A stretch of 64,000 bases of DNA. It comes from Weeksellaceae bacterium (GTDB lineage: Bacteria; Bacteroidota; Bacteroidia; Flavobacteriales; Weeksellaceae). This document shows, piece after piece, positions 1 through 10,100 of this stretch (position 1 is its first letter; each line of letters begins with the position of its first letter). The notes beneath the pieces were generated by a model that was given only the letters and a program-made list of their open reading frames with translations, was not told where the DNA came from and did no database searches. The stretch is from assembly GCA_051011115.1 (NCBI GenBank), contig JBPCUN010000019.1, positions 2,843 to 66,842 on the forward strand. The letters are read 5' to 3'. Made by a program: the position numbers and the translations under genes.

Positions 1-504
1 GAAAAAGATTTTTTATTATTTGAGGATAGAAAATTTGCAGATATTGGTAGCACTCAAGAATTACAATTCAAACAAGGGCTATACAAATTTGCTGATTGGG
101 TAGATATGGTAACAGCCCATCCGATTGCTGGAGAAAAGAGCCTTTCTGTGTTTGAGCCTACGGGCGTGGTAGCTATTGTTGAAATGTCCTCTGAAGGTAC
201 ATTAACCGATAATTATTATGTATCACAAGCCATGAATGTGGCACAGAAGTCTCCCAATGTATTTGCAGCCGTAGCTCAAAGACAAGTACCAGATGATTTA
301 CTTTTGTTTACTCCTGGCGTAAATTTAGAATTAAAAGGTGATGCTAAAGGTCAACAATACAAAACCCCTAAAAGGGTTTTTAAAGAATATTTCACTGATT
401 TTATCATTGTAGGTAGAGGTATATATAAAGCGAATGACCCAGTTGCAGCGGCAGAAGAATATCGTAAACAAGGTTGGGAAGCCTATCAAGAAAGCTTAGA
501 TTAA
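1..504 (+). CDS. pyrF: Orotidine-5'-phosphate decarboxylase, 5' part outside the window
   Basis: Frame 1 is open from base 1 (EKDFLLFEDRKFADIGSTQ, the catalytic DxKxxDIG motif), then TPGV, QQYKTP and IIVGRGIY. The ORF-track start at 106 is internal. Confidence 0.9.
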   Translation, partial: EKDFLLFEDRKFADIGSTQELQFKQGLYKFADWVDMVTAHPIAGEKSLSVFEPTGVVAIVEMSSEGTLTDNYYVSQAMNVAQKSPNVFAAVAQRQVPDDLLLFTPGVNLELKGDAKGQQYKTPKRVFKEYFTDFIIVGRGIYKANDPVAAAEEYRKQGWEAYQESLD

Positions 505-568
505 ATCTAGCGATGAATTTTTAATTAAAAACCATCGAATTTATAACGATATTTGATCTAAAATTTAG

Positions 569-2302
569 ATGGCTTTTTTTTATAACTTTTTTAAAGAAAA
601 TAAAAACAAGATCCAGCAAGTAAGTTTTTACTTAAGTATCTTGGCAATCATCATGTTCATTTATGACTATGGCTATAGGGGCACAGCCAATGTTCATAAT
701 TGGATCAATATTTTCTATGAGATTGCTATTGTCTTTGGAATCATCTCTATTGCATTAAAACATCTATTCCCAGATAGGCCCATTACCAACCCAGTAAAAC
801 TGTTGGACGCACTGAGCGTCTTATTTCTTTCTGCAGTTCTCTATCGGGCATTATTCAATCATAGTTCTTTATGGGCATTTACCATCTTTTTTGTTTTTAT
901 AAGAGAGTTTTCTGTTTTACAGATTAATTATGGTAAAAATGTCATTAACCCAGGCTTATTGTTTGTATATAGCTTTATTGTGGTCATCACTTTAGGTTCC
1001 TTATTACTCATGCTCCCAAATGCCACTACGCATGAGATAGAATACATTGATGCCCTTTTTACAGCTACCAGTGCTGTTTGCGTTACAGGACTTAGTTCTA
1101 TTGACTTCAGTACTGTTTTCACATCCTTTGGACAGACGATTGTATTAATTTTAATACAGATTGGCGGATTGGGAATTATGACTTTTGCAAGTTACTTTTC
1201 TTTCTTTTTTAGGGGAACTAGTACCTATCAAAATCAATTGACCCTAAGTGAATTTGTAAGCAATGATAAATTAGGTGAAGTCTACTCCATCCTTAAAAAG
1301 ATTATCGTTACCACCTTCAGTATAGAACTTTTAGGAGCTACCTTTATCTATCTAACCCTAGACACAAAACTTGTAGATAAACCCATTTTCTTTTCTCTTT
1401 TTCATTCTATATCTGCCTTTTGTAATGCAGGGTTCTCTACCATGAGCAATGGCTTATACAATGTTGGATTAGAATCCAATTATAATTTACACCTCATTAT
1501 AGCTGGGCTCATTATTCTGGGCGGTTTAGGGTTTCCGATTGTATTTAACTTTCACCAATACGCTAAGTATAAATTGGGTTATTTATATGGAAAATTATCA
1601 GGAAATAACCCTAAAAAGTATAGGCCTTGGGTTTTGACTTTGAATTCTAGGATTGCTCTTATCACTACATTTTCACTGTTTATGTTCGGTTTTATCACCT
1701 TTTTTATCTTTGAATATCATCATAGTTTAGAAAAACACACACTGTGGGGTAAATTAGTAGGCTCTGTATTTGGATCTGTAACGCCTAGAACGGCGGGATT
1801 CAATACCATAGACATGACAGCCATGAGTTTCCCAATGATTATGATTTATTTTTTATTGATGTGGATTGGTGCTTCTCCGGGCTCAACAGGAGGTGGTATT
1901 AAAACCAATACTTTTGCGGTAGCGGTAATGAATTTTGTAAGTCTAGCGAAAGGAAAAGATCGGGTAGAAATCTTTAGAAGAGAACTATCATTTATCTCTA
2001 TTCGCAGGGCTTTCTCTGTGATGATTCTTTCCTTACTTGTCATTGGAATAGCTATTACCATTATGGAAACTTATGAACATGACATGGGGCTATTAGCTAT
2101 TGCTTTTGAGTGCTTTTCTGCCTATAGCACCGTAGGTTTAAGTTTAGGTATCACAGGAGATTTAAGTAATGTATCTAAAGTTGTTTTGATTTTTGTGATG
2201 CTGATAGGACGGGTAAGCATTCTTACAATTTTACTAGCTTTGGTGCCGAAAGAGAAGTATAAAAACTATAGATATCCGAGCGAGGACATTTTAATAAATT
2301 AA
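569..2302 (+). CDS. ktrB: Trk/Ktr potassium uptake membrane subunit (TrkH/KtrB)
   Basis: Four pore-loop motifs: SAVCVTGL, SAFCNAGFS, TPRTAGFN, SAYSTVGLS; also GASPGSTGGGIK. Confidence 0.9.
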   Translation: MAFFYNFFKENKNKIQQVSFYLSILAIIMFIYDYGYRGTANVHNWINIFYEIAIVFGIISIALKHLFPDRPITNPVKLLDALSVLFLSAVLYRALFNHSSLWAFTIFFVFIREFSVLQINYGKNVINPGLLFVYSFIVVITLGSLLLMLPNATTHEIEYIDALFTATSAVCVTGLSSIDFSTVFTSFGQTIVLILIQIGGLGIMTFASYFSFFFRGTSTYQNQLTLSEFVSNDKLGEVYSILKKIIVTTFSIELLGATFIYLTLDTKLVDKPIFFSLFHSISAFCNAGFSTMSNGLYNVGLESNYNLHLIIAGLIILGGLGFPIVFNFHQYAKYKLGYLYGKLSGNNPKKYRPWVLTLNSRIALITTFSLFMFGFITFFIFEYHHSLEKHTLWGKLVGSVFGSVTPRTAGFNTIDMTAMSFPMIMIYFLLMWIGASPGSTGGGIKTNTFAVAVMNFVSLAKGKDRVEIFRRELSFISIRRAFSVMILSLLVIGIAITIMETYEHDMGLLAIAFECFSAYSTVGLSLGITGDLSNVSKVVLIFVMLIGRVSILTILLALVPKEKYKNYRYPSEDILIN

Positions 2303-2989
2303 ATGATGAAAATAATTATTGTAGGTTTAGGGAGTTTCGGGGGTTCATTAGCTGGTTATTTAACAAGTGCAGGGCACGAAGTGATTGGAATAGACAAGGA
2401 AATGACCAAAGTGGAATTTCATAAAGATAAAATTACCCATACCATCAACCTAGATGCTACGGATCCATTTACCGTAAAGGGTTTGCCCATTAAAACCACA
2501 GATCTTGTAATTATCGCTATTGGTGAGAATCAAGGGGCGAGTGTGATGTGCACGGCAAACTTTAAAACACTTGGTGCAAAAAAGATTATTGGGAGAGCGA
2601 TTTCAACGGTACATGAAAATATTTTGGTTGCTCTAGGAATTGAAACCATTATACGTCCTGAGAAAGAATCAGCCCGCAAATGGTATAAAAAACTAACGAC
2701 AAAATACTTAGAAGAAAGTTTTGAACTTAATAAGGAATATAGTATTGTAGAAGTACGTATCCCAGACAAATATATTGGAAAGACTGTGGGTGAGATTGAC
2801 TTTAGAAATAAATATAACCTTGTGGTCCTTACCACCATTCGGGAAAACGAACTTACTTCTCCTCTTGGAGGAACTAAAGTTCAGAAGGAAGTGCAAGGCG
2901 TGGCAATGCATAGCACGGTTTTAGAAAAAGATCATTTACTAGTCGTATATGGTAAAAATGATGATATTCAAAGGTTTCTTGATAGATAG
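2303..2989 (+). CDS. ktrA: Trk/Ktr potassium uptake NAD-binding subunit (TrkA/KtrA)
   Basis: N-terminal GLGSFG Rossmann RCK-N domain plus RCK-C; abuts ktrB. Confidence 0.9.
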   Translation: MMKIIIVGLGSFGGSLAGYLTSAGHEVIGIDKEMTKVEFHKDKITHTINLDATDPFTVKGLPIKTTDLVIIAIGENQGASVMCTANFKTLGAKKIIGRAISTVHENILVALGIETIIRPEKESARKWYKKLTTKYLEESFELNKEYSIVEVRIPDKYIGKTVGEIDFRNKYNLVVLTTIRENELTSPLGGTKVQKEVQGVAMHSTVLEKDHLLVVYGKNDDIQRFLDR

Positions 2990-2996
2990 AACTATA

Positions 2997-4673
2997 TCAA
3001 ATCTTCAATAACGCTTTGCGAATATCCTCATAGGAAATTGTTTCATTTAAGAAATCATAGATAGGTTTTAATTTAATTTCGTCATCCTCAAAGTCAATTT
3101 TTTCCACTGCATTCCGTACGTTTTCTAGCACGCTATTATCGACTTCAATCGCAGAAAAATCAGTATCGGGATATATTTCTTTAATTTTATTTAAATGACC
3201 ATAGATTGTAGAAATAGCGTACCCTCGCTCTTCTGCGATTTGCTTTGGATCCATTCCAGCATCCAGCATTTCTTTGGTAATCATGTGAGTCTGTTTCTTT
3301 CCTTCCTTTTTACGGACCGTAGAAGCAACTTTTTTATCACCTTCTTTGATTATTTTTCCACCTGTTTTTCTAATAAAGGCATTATATTGAGCCTTCAATA
3401 CATCAATATCTAGCTGAGCATCCACTTCATCTGATAATTCTAAAAAGCGTTGATCTGCTTTGTAGGCTAATTCATCTTGAGCCATGGCCATATCATTTAC
3501 TCCTAAAAGGGTAAGCCCATCGAAGTCTCTAAGTCTAGAAAGTGCTACGTAGCCTTGTCCTTTTTCAAAAGTTTTTCTCAAATCTACACAAGCTTGATCC
3601 AGCGTCATACCTTGACTTTTATGAATCGTAATCGCCCAAGCCAAACGCAAAGGTATTTGAGTATAGGATGCTATTACTTTACCCGTTTCATCTTCTACTT
3701 GCCAAGTTTCTGGTTTAGCCTCTATCCAATCTCCTTTTTTAGTTTCAACCAGTGGGAAACCTTCCTCTGTAAATTCGCGCACGGTACCCAAAGTTCCATT
3801 AAAGAAACCTTTTTCATAATTATTACGTACAAACATCACAGCAGCACCCTCTTTAAGAACCAACTCTGGCGGGGCTAAAACAGATTTACTCAAAGTTTCA
3901 GAGAGAACTTTATTTCCTTTGGTCGTAGCCTTAAACAATTCTACGTCTCCTTCTAATTCATTAATCTTTAGGGTATTGATTTTATCCACATCAGCATTAT
4001 GGGTGTACAATTGTGGAAATCGATTCACATCACTGTACATCGTTTCTTGTATCTTATTATTCACCAAAGCATAGCTATCCTCTCCTACATTCCCAGCACG
4101 AATTTCATTTAATAATCGATTGAGATCATTGTTAGTTTGACGATATTGCTCTGTGAGATAACATACCTTTAAGTCAGCTCTAACCCATGATGGAGACATA
4201 AAGGCAAACTTATCACGAGAAGTTTCATATTCGCTACCTATGGGAGGTAATTGAAAAAAATCACCTGAAATCACCACTTGTATACCACCAAAAGGTAAAT
4301 TATTTTCTTTGAAATACTGCAACACCTCATCTACCATCGTAAATTGCTTTTGGTGTAGCATAGAAATCTCATCGATAATCAACACTTTTACCTCATCCAT
4401 CTTTTTGCGCATATACTTCTTTTCACGTAGACTCTGTAGTTTACGCAAAGAAATATGATCTTTGATTCCAATGCCACTCCAGGCGTGAATCGTCATCCCC
4501 CCAATATGTGTTGCAGCAATGCCTGTACTCGCAGTAATGGCCACAGGTATGCTCCTATCCTGTAAATATTCAATGTACTTGTTGAGCACATAAGTTTTTC
4601 CTGTACCGGCAGAACCAGTCAGAAAAACATTATGCCCAGACTTTAATATGGCTAACGCTTTGTCTTGAGTCAT
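2997..4673 (-). CDS. PIF1/RecD-like SF1B helicase with C-terminal helix-turn-helix
   Basis: Walker A GSAGTGKT, IDEISM, GDFFQLPP, LTEQYRQ, WAITIHKSQGMT, YVALSR; C-terminal IAEERGYAISTIYGHL HTH. Confidence 0.85.
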   Translation of the reverse strand: MTQDKALAILKSGHNVFLTGSAGTGKTYVLNKYIEYLQDRSIPVAITASTGIAATHIGGMTIHAWSGIGIKDHISLRKLQSLREKKYMRKKMDEVKVLIIDEISMLHQKQFTMVDEVLQYFKENNLPFGGIQVVISGDFFQLPPIGSEYETSRDKFAFMSPSWVRADLKVCYLTEQYRQTNNDLNRLLNEIRAGNVGEDSYALVNNKIQETMYSDVNRFPQLYTHNADVDKINTLKINELEGDVELFKATTKGNKVLSETLSKSVLAPPELVLKEGAAVMFVRNNYEKGFFNGTLGTVREFTEEGFPLVETKKGDWIEAKPETWQVEDETGKVIASYTQIPLRLAWAITIHKSQGMTLDQACVDLRKTFEKGQGYVALSRLRDFDGLTLLGVNDMAMAQDELAYKADQRFLELSDEVDAQLDIDVLKAQYNAFIRKTGGKIIKEGDKKVASTVRKKEGKKQTHMITKEMLDAGMDPKQIAEERGYAISTIYGHLNKIKEIYPDTDFSAIEVDNSVLENVRNAVEKIDFEDDEIKLKPIYDFLNETISYEDIRKALLKI

Positions 4674-4778
4674 TGAATAGAATTATGATAATTTACTAAT
4701 TTAATCAAATTCTATTAAAATAAAATTAATACCAGACTAAACAATAAAATAAGTAAGTTTTAAAAATAGAGTATGAAA

Positions 4779-5267
4779 TTATTCAAATTCTAATAATAAA
4801 TAATTTTTATCCACCGCATCACCCTGTGAAACGTTGATAGACTTGATTATCCCTGTTCTTGGTGAACTTATCACGTTTTCCATTTTCATAGCTTCTAAAA
4901 TGAGTAACGTGTCACCTTCCTCTACTTCATCACCTGCTTTAACGTCAACTTGTAATACAAGCCCTGGCATTGGAGAATACAAACTTTTAATTTCTTTGGC
5001 ACTACCCAGCTCAAATCCTAAATCTTTGATAAGCTTATCTAGGCTATTATTTAATTGAACTATATACCTATTTCCATTAAGAAGTATCTCGTATCTTTTA
5101 TGGATAAAATCACTATGAAGAACTTCTAACTGTTCTGATTTATGATTATTTAGCAAATGATATTCATTCTTGCCTGTAGGAATTAAATCTAAATTTTCGG
5201 CATCCTTTGTGCTTATATCATAAGATAAAGAACCATTTACTTGTATATGATAATTTGAATCGTTCAT
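4779..5267 (-). CDS. Biotin carboxyl carrier protein (acyl-CoA carboxylase biotinyl subunit)
   Basis: SPMPGLV...LEAMKMEN biotinylation motif. ATG at 5267 preferred over GTG at 5294. Confidence 0.85.
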   Translation of the reverse strand: MNDSNYHIQVNGSLSYDISTKDAENLDLIPTGKNEYHLLNNHKSEQLEVLHSDFIHKRYEILLNGNRYIVQLNNSLDKLIKDLGFELGSAKEIKSLYSPMPGLVLQVDVKAGDEVEEGDTLLILEAMKMENVISSPRTGIIKSINVSQGDAVDKNYLLLEFE

Positions 5268-5365
5268 ACGCTGAGGATTTTTAAAGTAAGACACTACTAA
5301 GTTAATAAATTAATTTTTCTTAGCCATTTAATCATGTTTATATCATCAAGAAAAAAATTGTAGTT

Positions 5366-7066
5366 ATGGCACATAATATTTTTAAAAAGGGACCCAAGGC
5401 TCAAGACATTACGGTAGATGTAGTTGTTGTAGGGTCTGGAACGGGAATGTTAGCGGCATTAAAGGCAAAGAAATTAGGCCTTAACGCTTTGATTATAGAA
5501 AAAACACCACTAGTTGGTGGTTCACTTGCAAGGTCGGGAGGAGCCTTCTGGATTCCTGCCAATCCTGCTTTGTTAGCAGATGGCCAACAAGACACAAAAG
5601 AAGAAGGTTCAATTTATATTAGTTCTCTTGCAAAGGATGCTCCAGAAGAGGTATGGCATTCATTTTTAGATTACGGGGATGAAACCGTAGAATTTTTACA
5701 AAAACACACCGATCTAGATTTATTCTGGGCTAAAGGATATGCTGATTATCATCCAGAAAATCCAGGGGGAAAACCTCTAGGCAGGAGTGTAGAATATAAA
5801 CCATACAATATTGCAGCTTTGGGAAAAGAAATCAATAGATTTAGGCCTGGAGCTATGAAAGCTTCTATCCCCATGCCTGTTACAGGTTTTGATTATAAAA
5901 GATTAAACCTAATGATGAAGATTCCACTGGAAGCCATTCCTATTGTAGGTAAAGAATTACTGACTGGAATTGGAGGGCGTTTGCTTGGTAAAAACTACCA
6001 AGCAGGTGGGCAGGCAATTGCCGCAGCGCTCTTTAAAGCTGTAATTGATGCGAATATTCCTGTTTGGACGAGAACAGAAATGACAGAAATCTTGATGGAA
6101 AATGAACGTGCAAGTGGAGTTAAAGCGATTCAAGATGGACAAGAAGTTACCATTACCGCCAATAAAGGCGTCATATTGGCTACAGGTGGATTTGACCATA
6201 ATCATGCGATGCGTGTGGCTTATAATTCTGATAGATTTAAGGAAAGAGCTTATAGTTTAGGATCTGAAGGAAATACGGGAGATGGGATTTTAACTGCAGA
6301 TAAAGTAGGCGCAGATAAAGCACTTATGGATCAAGCTTGGTGGTTCCCCGCTATTGCGCCTACAGAAGAAGGAGGTGAACCCAAAATTATGCTTGCAGAG
6401 AGATCATTGCCAGGAAGTTTTATCATAAATCAAAATGCGGAGCGATTTGTGAATGAAGCTACAGACTATATGACCTTTGGACAGAAGCTTTTATCTTTAG
6501 AAAAAGAAGGAAATCCAATAAGAGAAATGTACATTATCATTGATACAACCTATAAAAACAGTTACCTTTTTGGGGGTACAGTGTTTGCTCGCATGCCGTT
6601 TCCAGAAGGCTGGTATGATGCAGGGGTTGTTTATAAAGCCAATAGTGCAGAGGAATTAGCAAAAGCTATCGGGGTACCTTCAGAGAAATTTATTGATACA
6701 TTTAATGATTTTAATACCATGGCTGCTCGAGGTAAAGATAATGACTTTAATCGAGGTGACAGTGCATATGACCGATATTATGGAGACCCTACAGTAAAAC
6801 CTAACCCAAATTTAAGACCACTAGATTCTAACAAGTCCTTGTATGCTATAAAATTGGTATTATCCGATTTAGGCACTTGTGGAGGTACCGTAACGGATGA
6901 ATTTGGTAGAGTCTTGCGGGAAGATAAAAGCATAATTAAGGGGTTATACGCTATGGGGAATACGGCCGCAAATATCTTTGGGAAATCTTACCCAGGGGCT
7001 GGAGCAACCATAGGACAAGGTTTAGTATATGGAATCATCATAGCCAAGACTATAGCTGAAGAATAA
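5366..7066 (+). CDS. kstD: 3-ketosteroid delta-1-dehydrogenase-like FAD oxidoreductase
   Basis: VVVVGSG FAD motif, GGSLARSGGAFWIP, YADYHPE, LATGGFDHN, YDRYYGDPTVKPNPNL, DLGTCGG, YPGAGATIGQG. Confidence 0.75.
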   Translation: MAHNIFKKGPKAQDITVDVVVVGSGTGMLAALKAKKLGLNALIIEKTPLVGGSLARSGGAFWIPANPALLADGQQDTKEEGSIYISSLAKDAPEEVWHSFLDYGDETVEFLQKHTDLDLFWAKGYADYHPENPGGKPLGRSVEYKPYNIAALGKEINRFRPGAMKASIPMPVTGFDYKRLNLMMKIPLEAIPIVGKELLTGIGGRLLGKNYQAGGQAIAAALFKAVIDANIPVWTRTEMTEILMENERASGVKAIQDGQEVTITANKGVILATGGFDHNHAMRVAYNSDRFKERAYSLGSEGNTGDGILTADKVGADKALMDQAWWFPAIAPTEEGGEPKIMLAERSLPGSFIINQNAERFVNEATDYMTFGQKLLSLEKEGNPIREMYIIIDTTYKNSYLFGGTVFARMPFPEGWYDAGVVYKANSAEELAKAIGVPSEKFIDTFNDFNTMAARGKDNDFNRGDSAYDRYYGDPTVKPNPNLRPLDSNKSLYAIKLVLSDLGTCGGTVTDEFGRVLREDKSIIKGLYAMGNTAANIFGKSYPGAGATIGQGLVYGIIIAKTIAEE

Positions 7067-7089
7067 TTTACACCTCAATTTCATTCCAT

Positions 7090-7124
7090 AAAAAAACCAG
7101 CTTCGATCAATCGAAGCTGGTTTT
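7090..7124. terminator. Bidirectional intrinsic terminator
   Basis: AAAACCAGCTTCGAT-CA-ATCGAAGCTGGTTTT perfect hairpin with A/T tracts between convergent genes. Confidence 0.85.
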
Positions 7125-7176
7125 ACTTTTTCAACACCAAACCCATTTTACAAGGTTCAGTTATTATTTAGCTAAA

Positions 7177-10100
7177 TTATTTAATGATAATTTTAGCTGT
7201 TTTGAGATTGCCTTGATCATCTACTAAGTTTAAGATATAAACTCCTGTAGCGTATTGCATCAAATTCAATTCTGCTTTGTTACCATTAAAGGTATCTTGA
7301 TAAATCAACTGACCTGCTAAGTTGTAAACCTCTGCCTTGAAAGAAGTCACAGTAGTATTTTGCTCTACGATGAACATTCCATTCGATGGGTTTGGATAAA
7401 CTCTAAGTGCATTAGATCCTTCTAAATCAATGGTAGACAAATTAGTTAAATCAAATGTAATTGATACTGGCTCTGAATCTCGATCAGAATACATAGCGTA
7501 TACATTGTAGGTATATTTACCATTCGCTTTTAAAGTCTCCTCATAGGTTGTATCATACATATCTGCTGTAGTTTTCACCTCAACATCAGCTTTTTCAACT
7601 CTATAACCTTTAAATTCTGGCAATCCTAGAACACCAAAGTTAATTTTGGTATCATCTACACTTAACTTCGCGTCATCAATTAAACCATATGGTAATAATA
7701 TATTGCGATTAGTTTTAGCTTCATATACTGTATTCAGAATTTCAGATCCTTCACTATTGGCTCCCTTGGCATTTGCATGATAAGGTGAATTAGTATACCC
7801 GATCATTAAATCATCAAAGAATAACCAAAATGAATCATCTGTATCTAATGTTCTATGGTGAAATGCAATATGAAAATCTTGTCCAGTAGCTTCTGAAATA
7901 TCCACAGAAACTTCCTCAAATTCTGGATGTTTAACCTCACCATCATTGGTTCTTACTATAGTACCAGTTTCCAAAATTTCTTCTACTGTAGGGAAATCAC
8001 CTGTTTTAGTAGCTGGAACTACATAAATATCATATCTCTCTGTATATTCATTTTTAACTAAATATTTAAGTACTTCAGCACCCGAACGAACTTTTGGAGT
8101 TAATAACCAATCATCTTTCTGATAAGGAGAATAGAACCATGAAATACCTACTACAGCTGGTGTTTCTTTATATCCTGATGAAGATAAGATTATCCATGGC
8201 ATTCCATCTTTATTGTTATCATAAACCTTCATGTCTGCTGGTATATCCTCTGGATTGGTGAAACTCTCAGTATATAATGGTAATAATTCTGGTCTTTCCC
8301 AATTCAACTTCACATTTCCTGATCCTTGATCTAATTCTCCAGTTAAGTTCTGAACTGGCAAATGGCTAGATTTTACTACAATTTTATCAGCAGATGTATA
8401 AACATGTGAATTCAATTTAGACGTAGCTTCTAAAGACACAGCATATTCACCTTCATTATTAAATCTAACAACTAAATTCTCAGCAGTATCATCTGTAAGA
8501 AATTCTACACCATCGGTAGGTGATACAGACCATTTAAATTCAGTAGGTTCTGGTTTACCTTCTGATAGGTTTGTAAATGTTACTGATTCTCCTTCATAAA
8601 CGGTAGTCTTTGAAGCTTCATAATTAGCTTTAGTCTTGATATTGAATACATTGATATATTCTTCTCTCGTAGCCAATCCTTCTCCAGCTTTATTAGTAGC
8701 TTTTAATGTTACAGTATACTTACCTTCTGCATTAAATTTCACTTTCGGCTTAAGGCTTGAAGCATTGGTACCCTTTACAAATTCCACAGTATTAGGTGTA
8801 AATTCCCACGTATAGCTAGTCGCTGGATCATTTGAAGGTGCAATTACATTGCCTGTAAATAATACCTCATCAAATGTAGTTGGTTCTATATTATTTGCAC
8901 CAAATTCTACCACTGGTTCACCTTCTGCACGCTCTACAACCACATCATCCACAGAAACCGCATAGGTATAAACACCTTTTTTAACTAAATTATTGAAACC
9001 GATATAAATAATTTTATCCGTCGGAACTTCAAATTCATATGCATACTTAGCATATCTTTTATCTAACCCTCCAAATAATGGAATAGTTTCTTGCCCTAGC
9101 TTGTTCACCATAGACTCACTCGCTGGGTTATCTCCAAAATATAATGCAATATTTTCCTCATCATTTCGGAATTTTGCTGTGTTGTAAATAACTCTATATT
9201 TAGTATTCGCTTTCACATAAATTGGATTAGAAAACAACCAATCATTTACTCCTTTATCCGAATCTGAAAAACTAATCGCAAAGCTATTACCTGTTTTGGC
9301 GAAATTAGCTCCATCGTATTTACGGAAGGTTCTACCATCTCCATCTATATCTTCAGAAATCCAACCATAAGCTTCAAAATTAGATTCAAAACCAAAGTCA
9401 AATCTAGTATCTTCTGGACGTAGATCTACTAAGTAAGAAAATGCAGTACCTTGATTCTTATTATTTTTATCAAAAGCATCATTTTCAATTACTACTTCTC
9501 CCTCTATTCTATAATGTGCAAATGGAATGGTTAAATCTAACTCAACCGTTACAGCTTTTGTGCTATTCGGTGCTAAAGTTCCTAAATCAACCTCAGCTGT
9601 TTTAATCACCTGATCATTATCATCTGAATTGATTAAGCTGTACTTTAATTTACCATTAACTGCTGGTTCGCTACCTTTATTTAAAACAGTAAATTCCACA
9701 GGCGTAGCCGCGGTATATTCTAATTTAGATACTTTAACTTCTACCTTATCTAAAGCTAAATCAACAGCTACACCGTTGTTGATTCCCGTAACAACCATAG
9801 AAAAGTCTTGTGCCTCTGTATCTTCTAGCTCCACAACCATTCCGTAACTTGTTTCTTTAAAATTATTCTTTTTTAAAGTACCTTTATGCGTTACACTAAT
9901 ATCATATACAGCTCCTGGTGTAGGATTAGGTATCATTACTTGCTCAACGTTATCTACCAAATTATCTCCTTTTTGAGCTGCTGCCCCTGGATTTGTTGGG
10001 TCTAGTTTCCATGGTAAAAATGTTTCACCATCTTTGGTAATTCTTACATCTAAATCATTTACTAATAAAGGTGTTCTGTCATTTAATGTATCAGACGGGA

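Noticed and set aside
2997-4673. PIF1-like helicase as a phage-defence or mobile-element gene
   Set aside because: No nuclease, methylase or mobile neighbours; this helicase-HTH type is a common stand-alone gene in Bacteroidota.
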